Position numbers and translations under genes: made by a program. Positions 52,394-55,115 of a DNA stretch of 55,115 nucleotides are shown in pieces; the stretch's first letter is position 1, and every line of letters starts with the position of its first letter. Source of the stretch: Terriglobia bacterium (lineage in GTDB: Bacteria; Acidobacteriota; Terriglobia; Acidiferrales; 2-02-FULL-67-57); contig JBHIAG010000002.1 of NCBI GenBank assembly GCA_046758465.1, positions 1-55,115 of the forward strand, written 5' to 3'. The notes beneath the pieces are model-generated. The model was not told the DNA's origin, searched no databases, and saw only the letters and a list, made by a program, of their open reading frames with translations.

Positions 52394-53848
52394 TTAGTCG
52401 AGGCCGAGCTGGCGCCAGCGTTGCGCGACGCGTCGCTTGATTTCCGGGTCCATTTTGATCTCGTCGGGCCAGGGGCCACGGGTGTAGCCCTCGCCGGGCC
52501 ACTTGCGGGTGGCGTCGATGCCCATCTTGGAGCCGAAGTCGGGCAGGCGGGCAGCATGGTCGAGCGTGTCGACGGGGCCGAGAGTGAACTGGATGTCGCG
52601 TTCGGGGTCAAGGGCGCAGAGCGCTTTCCAGACGACCTCACGCGGGTTGTGGACGTCGACGTCGTCATCAACCACGACCAGGCACTTGGTGAACATGGCC
52701 TGGCCGAGCGACCAGATGGCATTCATCACCTTGCGCGCCTGGCCGGGATAGGACTTGCGGATGGAGACCATCATCAGGTTGTGGAAGATGCCCTCGGCGG
52801 GCATGTGCAGGTCGACGATCTCCGGGTACTGCAGTTTGATGATGGGCAGTAGGATGCGCTCGATGGCGTGGCCCATGAAGTAGTCCTCTTCCGGCGGCGG
52901 GCCGACGATGGTGGTGAGATAGATGGGATCTTTGCGGTGGGTGATGCAGGTGATGTGGAAAACCGGGTAGTCGTCGGCGAGCGAGTAGTAGCCGGTATGG
53001 TCGCCAAAGGGGCCTTCGCGGCGGAACTCGTTCAAGTCCACGTAGCCTTCGAGAACGATCTCGGCGTTGGCAGGGACTTCGAGGTCCACGGTTTCACACT
53101 TGACCAGCTCGACCGGCGCACGGCGCAAAAAGCCGGCGAACAACAACTCGTCCAGGTCAGGTGGGGCCGGGATGACGGCCGAGAAGACCGTAGCCGGGTC
53201 GGAACCGATGGCGCAGGCAACTGCGAGCTTGCCAGTGCCGAATTTCTTGCGCGCCCGGCGGAAGTGCTCGGTGCCGTGCTTCTGGGTTTGCCAGTGCATG
53301 GCGGTGGTGCGCGCGTCGAAGACCTGCATGCGGTAGGCGCCGACGTTGCGCTTGCCGGTGTCGGGATTTTTGGTAAAGACGAGCGGGAAGGTGATGTAGC
53401 GCCCGGCGTCCTGGGGCCAACACTGGATGATAGGAAAATCGAAGAGAGAAAAATTATCTTTGTTGATGACCTGCTTGCAGGGCCCGCCGCGGACGGTTTT
53501 GGGAAAAAACGAGCCCATCTCGGCGAGCTTGGGTAACATCTTGATTTTGTCCAGCAGCCCTTGCGGCGACTGAAAATCGAGGTAGCCCGAGATGCGGTCG
53601 GCAACCTCCTGCAGCGAGTCAACCTCGAGCGCCAAGCACATCCGGCGATGGGAACCAAAAAGGTTGATGGCGAGCGGCGTCTGGTAGCCCTTGACGTTCT
53701 CAAACAGCAACGCCGGCCCGCCGGACTTCGTTACCCGGTCGGTGATTGCGGCGACCTCGAGCTTCCAGTCGACCTCGGCACGAATGCGTTTCAGTTCGCC
53801 TTCTTTTTCCAACCGCGTCAGAAACTCCCGCAGATCCTTGTAAGCCAC
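52394..53848 (-). CDS. UbiD-family (prenylated-FMN-dependent) decarboxylase
   Basis: ..YKDLREFLTRLEKEGELKRI..GGPALLFENVKGY..GAYRMQV..GPFGDHTGYY... GTG start behind a GGAGGGAAGGGAA SD. Confidence 0.85.
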   Translation of the reverse strand: MAYKDLREFLTRLEKEGELKRIRAEVDWKLEVAAITDRVTKSGGPALLFENVKGYQTPLAINLFGSHRRMCLALEVDSLQEVADRISGYLDFQSPQGLLDKIKMLPKLAEMGSFFPKTVRGGPCKQVINKDNFSLFDFPIIQCWPQDAGRYITFPLVFTKNPDTGKRNVGAYRMQVFDARTTAMHWQTQKHGTEHFRRARKKFGTGKLAVACAIGSDPATVFSAVIPAPPDLDELLFAGFLRRAPVELVKCETVDLEVPANAEIVLEGYVDLNEFRREGPFGDHTGYYSLADDYPVFHITCITHRKDPIYLTTIVGPPPEEDYFMGHAIERILLPIIKLQYPEIVDLHMPAEGIFHNLMMVSIRKSYPGQARKVMNAIWSLGQAMFTKCLVVVDDDVDVHNPREVVWKALCALDPERDIQFTLGPVDTLDHAARLPDFGSKMGIDATRKWPGEGYTRGPWPDEIKMDPEIKRRVAQRWRQLGLD

Positions 53849-53988
53849 TTCCCTTCCCTCCGCGATCAACCTTGCTGGTAATTCCGAGATTGGGCGCTCG
53901 ATTATGGCAGGTCGCCCGCACCCTCGCAAACGGCATTACGGGAACGGATGGCGTCGGATCGAGACGGAAGACGTCGCAACGAGGGCAC

Positions 53989-54738
53989 TTACAGGGCCCC
54001 CCGCAGCAGCTTGTAGGAGGCAACGAACAACACCGCCGCCAGAATCCGCCGCAGCCACAGCCCCCGCAACCACCGCGCCCCCAGCCGCGACCCCAGCAAG
54101 CCCCCGGCAAACGCCGCCACCACCAGCGGCAGCAGACCCCGCCAGTCCAACCGCGTCCGGCTCAGATGGCCGTAGAGGCCGGCAGCGGAATTCACAAAGA
54201 TGAACGCCGCCGAAGCCGCCGCCGTGCGCTTCACGTCGGCCCAGCGCAGCAGCAGCACCAGCGGAGAGAGGAAAATTCCCCCGCCGACGCCCACAATCCC
54301 CGACAAGTAGCCGATGCCTGCGCCCACCGGCAACGCCACCCCCCTCCGTGGCGGCGCCAGCCAGCTTTCATCGCGCGCACTCGCCGCCTGCAGCGCCAGC
54401 CGCACCGCCGCAAATACCAACACCCCGCCCAGCAGCAGGCTGTACACCCGCACCGAAACCTGCGTCAGCCCCCCCAGAAACGCCGCCGGAATCGAGGTCA
54501 CCACAAAGGGCACCAGCAACCGTCGGGAAAAATGCCCCGCGCGCCAATAGGTGAGAAACCCTGTCCCCGCCACCAGCAGGTTCAGACACAGCGCGCTTGG
54601 CGCCATCTGCGCCGGCACCACCCCAAACAGCGCCATCACCGCCAGGTAGCCCGAAGCGCCCCCATGCCCCACCGACGAGTACGCCACCGCCACCAGAAAA
54701 AACAGTGGCGCCAGCAGCCACCAGTTCTCAAATGCCAT
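53989..54738 (-). CDS. TauE/SafE-family (DUF81) anion exporter membrane protein
   Basis: ~8 TM, Gly-rich, with an internally repeated ..GGGIFL.P.L.. pattern. Confidence 0.75.
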   Translation of the reverse strand: MAFENWWLLAPLFFLVAVAYSSVGHGGASGYLAVMALFGVVPAQMAPSALCLNLLVAGTGFLTYWRAGHFSRRLLVPFVVTSIPAAFLGGLTQVSVRVYSLLLGGVLVFAAVRLALQAASARDESWLAPPRRGVALPVGAGIGYLSGIVGVGGGIFLSPLVLLLRWADVKRTAAASAAFIFVNSAAGLYGHLSRTRLDWRGLLPLVVAAFAGGLLGSRLGARWLRGLWLRRILAAVLFVASYKLLRGAL

Positions 54739-54789
54739 GAGCGCCGAGTCTAAGCGAGCCCCGCAGCCAAAACAACCACTCTCCTAATT

Positions 54790-54827
54790 GGTGGCACCGG
54801 CTGGTGGCACCGGCTGGTGGCACCGGC
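54790..54827. repeat. 13-bp tandem repeat (about 3 units), each carrying the 9-bp palindrome GGTGGCACC
   Basis: GGTGGCACCGGCT GGTGGCACCGGCT GGTGGCACCGGC. The last unit merges into the inverted repeat CACCGGCG-TCC-CGCCGGTG (54821-54839). Confidence 0.8.
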
Positions 54828-55062
54828 GTCCCGCCGGTGTCTTGCCACCGCAGGTCCTTGCAACGCCGCCCACCTCCCCTGAAACGCCCCTGGAGGGCGC
54901 GTTTAGGAGTTTGGGGGGGATGAGTTCGTGGCGGGATTTGGTGCGGATTGCCCGTCCTCGGCCAGGGCTTCCCAGGATGGGCTAGCGGGCAAGAATCTCA
55001 GTGCCTCAGTGCCTCGGTGGCGCTCTGCCTCTTGCCTCTCTGCTTCTTTGCCTCAGGAAGGG

Positions 55063-55115
55063 AGCGGGAGACGGGAATCGAACCCGCGACATCCAGCTTG
55101 GGAAGCTGGCGTTCT
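55063..55115 (-). tRNA. tRNA-Gly (anticodon CCC), 3' portion; 5' part beyond the window
   Basis: rc: ..AGAACGCCAGC TTCCCAA GCTGG ATGTC GCGGG TTCGATT CCCGT CTCCCGC T. The genomic bases that follow are CCC, not CCA. Confidence 0.8.

Noticed and set aside
54790-55056. The tandem GGTGGCACCGGCT units and the TGCCTC-rich tract (54998-55056) as a possible CRISPR array
   Set aside because: The units are only 13 bp with no spacers, the second tract is low-complexity, and there are no cas genes.

Overview
GC-rich bacterial chromosomal window that splits into two very different halves. No rRNA or CRISPR array was seen. All family calls are by-eye motif recognition from the ORF translations; no database search was possible.

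(1) Positions 963-25867 look like an integrated genomic island. An exact 46-bp direct repeat of the 3' end of tRNA-Asp(GUC) (963-1008 and 25822-25867) brackets about 24.8 kb. A C-terminal relic of a tyrosine integrase lies next to the intact tRNA-Val/tRNA-Asp pair, and a defective IS3-family element abuts the distal repeat. The island has two parts.
- A ~17-kb patchwork of unrelated cargo genes: methyltransferases, a MetE-like enzyme, a DHDPS/FAH/SDR trio, cytochrome c, an FprA-like reductase, nitrilase-, beta-lactamase- and amidohydrolase-family hydrolases, and ankyrin fragments. Most are preceded by copies of one ~30-nt sigma70-type promoter cassette (GCG-TTGACT-TGCCTGCGGG..-TAGGATGG). That cassette is often preceded, at a fixed 9-10 nt, by a relic ORF tail (..RFQDLLRRMNFPE-stop).
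- A ~6-kb minus-strand set of orphan genes with no recognisable phage, plasmid or defence hallmark: an HTH protein, a protein with a sigma-region-4-like HTH, a duplicated small domain, and a ~1000-aa protein with a -1 frame break at a CCCUUUU heptamer.
Several island genes are broken: two in-frame TAG codons, the truncated integrase, a frameshifted IS3 orfB and ankyrin fragments.

(2) Positions ~26-55 kb are ordinary core genome, almost all on the minus strand. They encode an acyl-CoA thioesterase, SDRs, an AAA+ (ChlI/MoxR-like)/VWA pair, a thioredoxin-like protein, tRNA-Sec (selC), an 819-aa protein ending in a divergent class III cyclase-like domain, tsaE, nnr, a HAMP-PP2C phosphatase, an amino-acid permease, pepP-accB-accC-thiE, an HTH-pilMNOPQ operon, a UbiD-family decarboxylase, a TauE/SafE permease and a partial tRNA-Gly(CCC).

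Many ORF-track entries are antisense shadow ORFs or carry spurious N-terminal extensions. Starts were re-picked where a promoter, SD or terminator argued for it.
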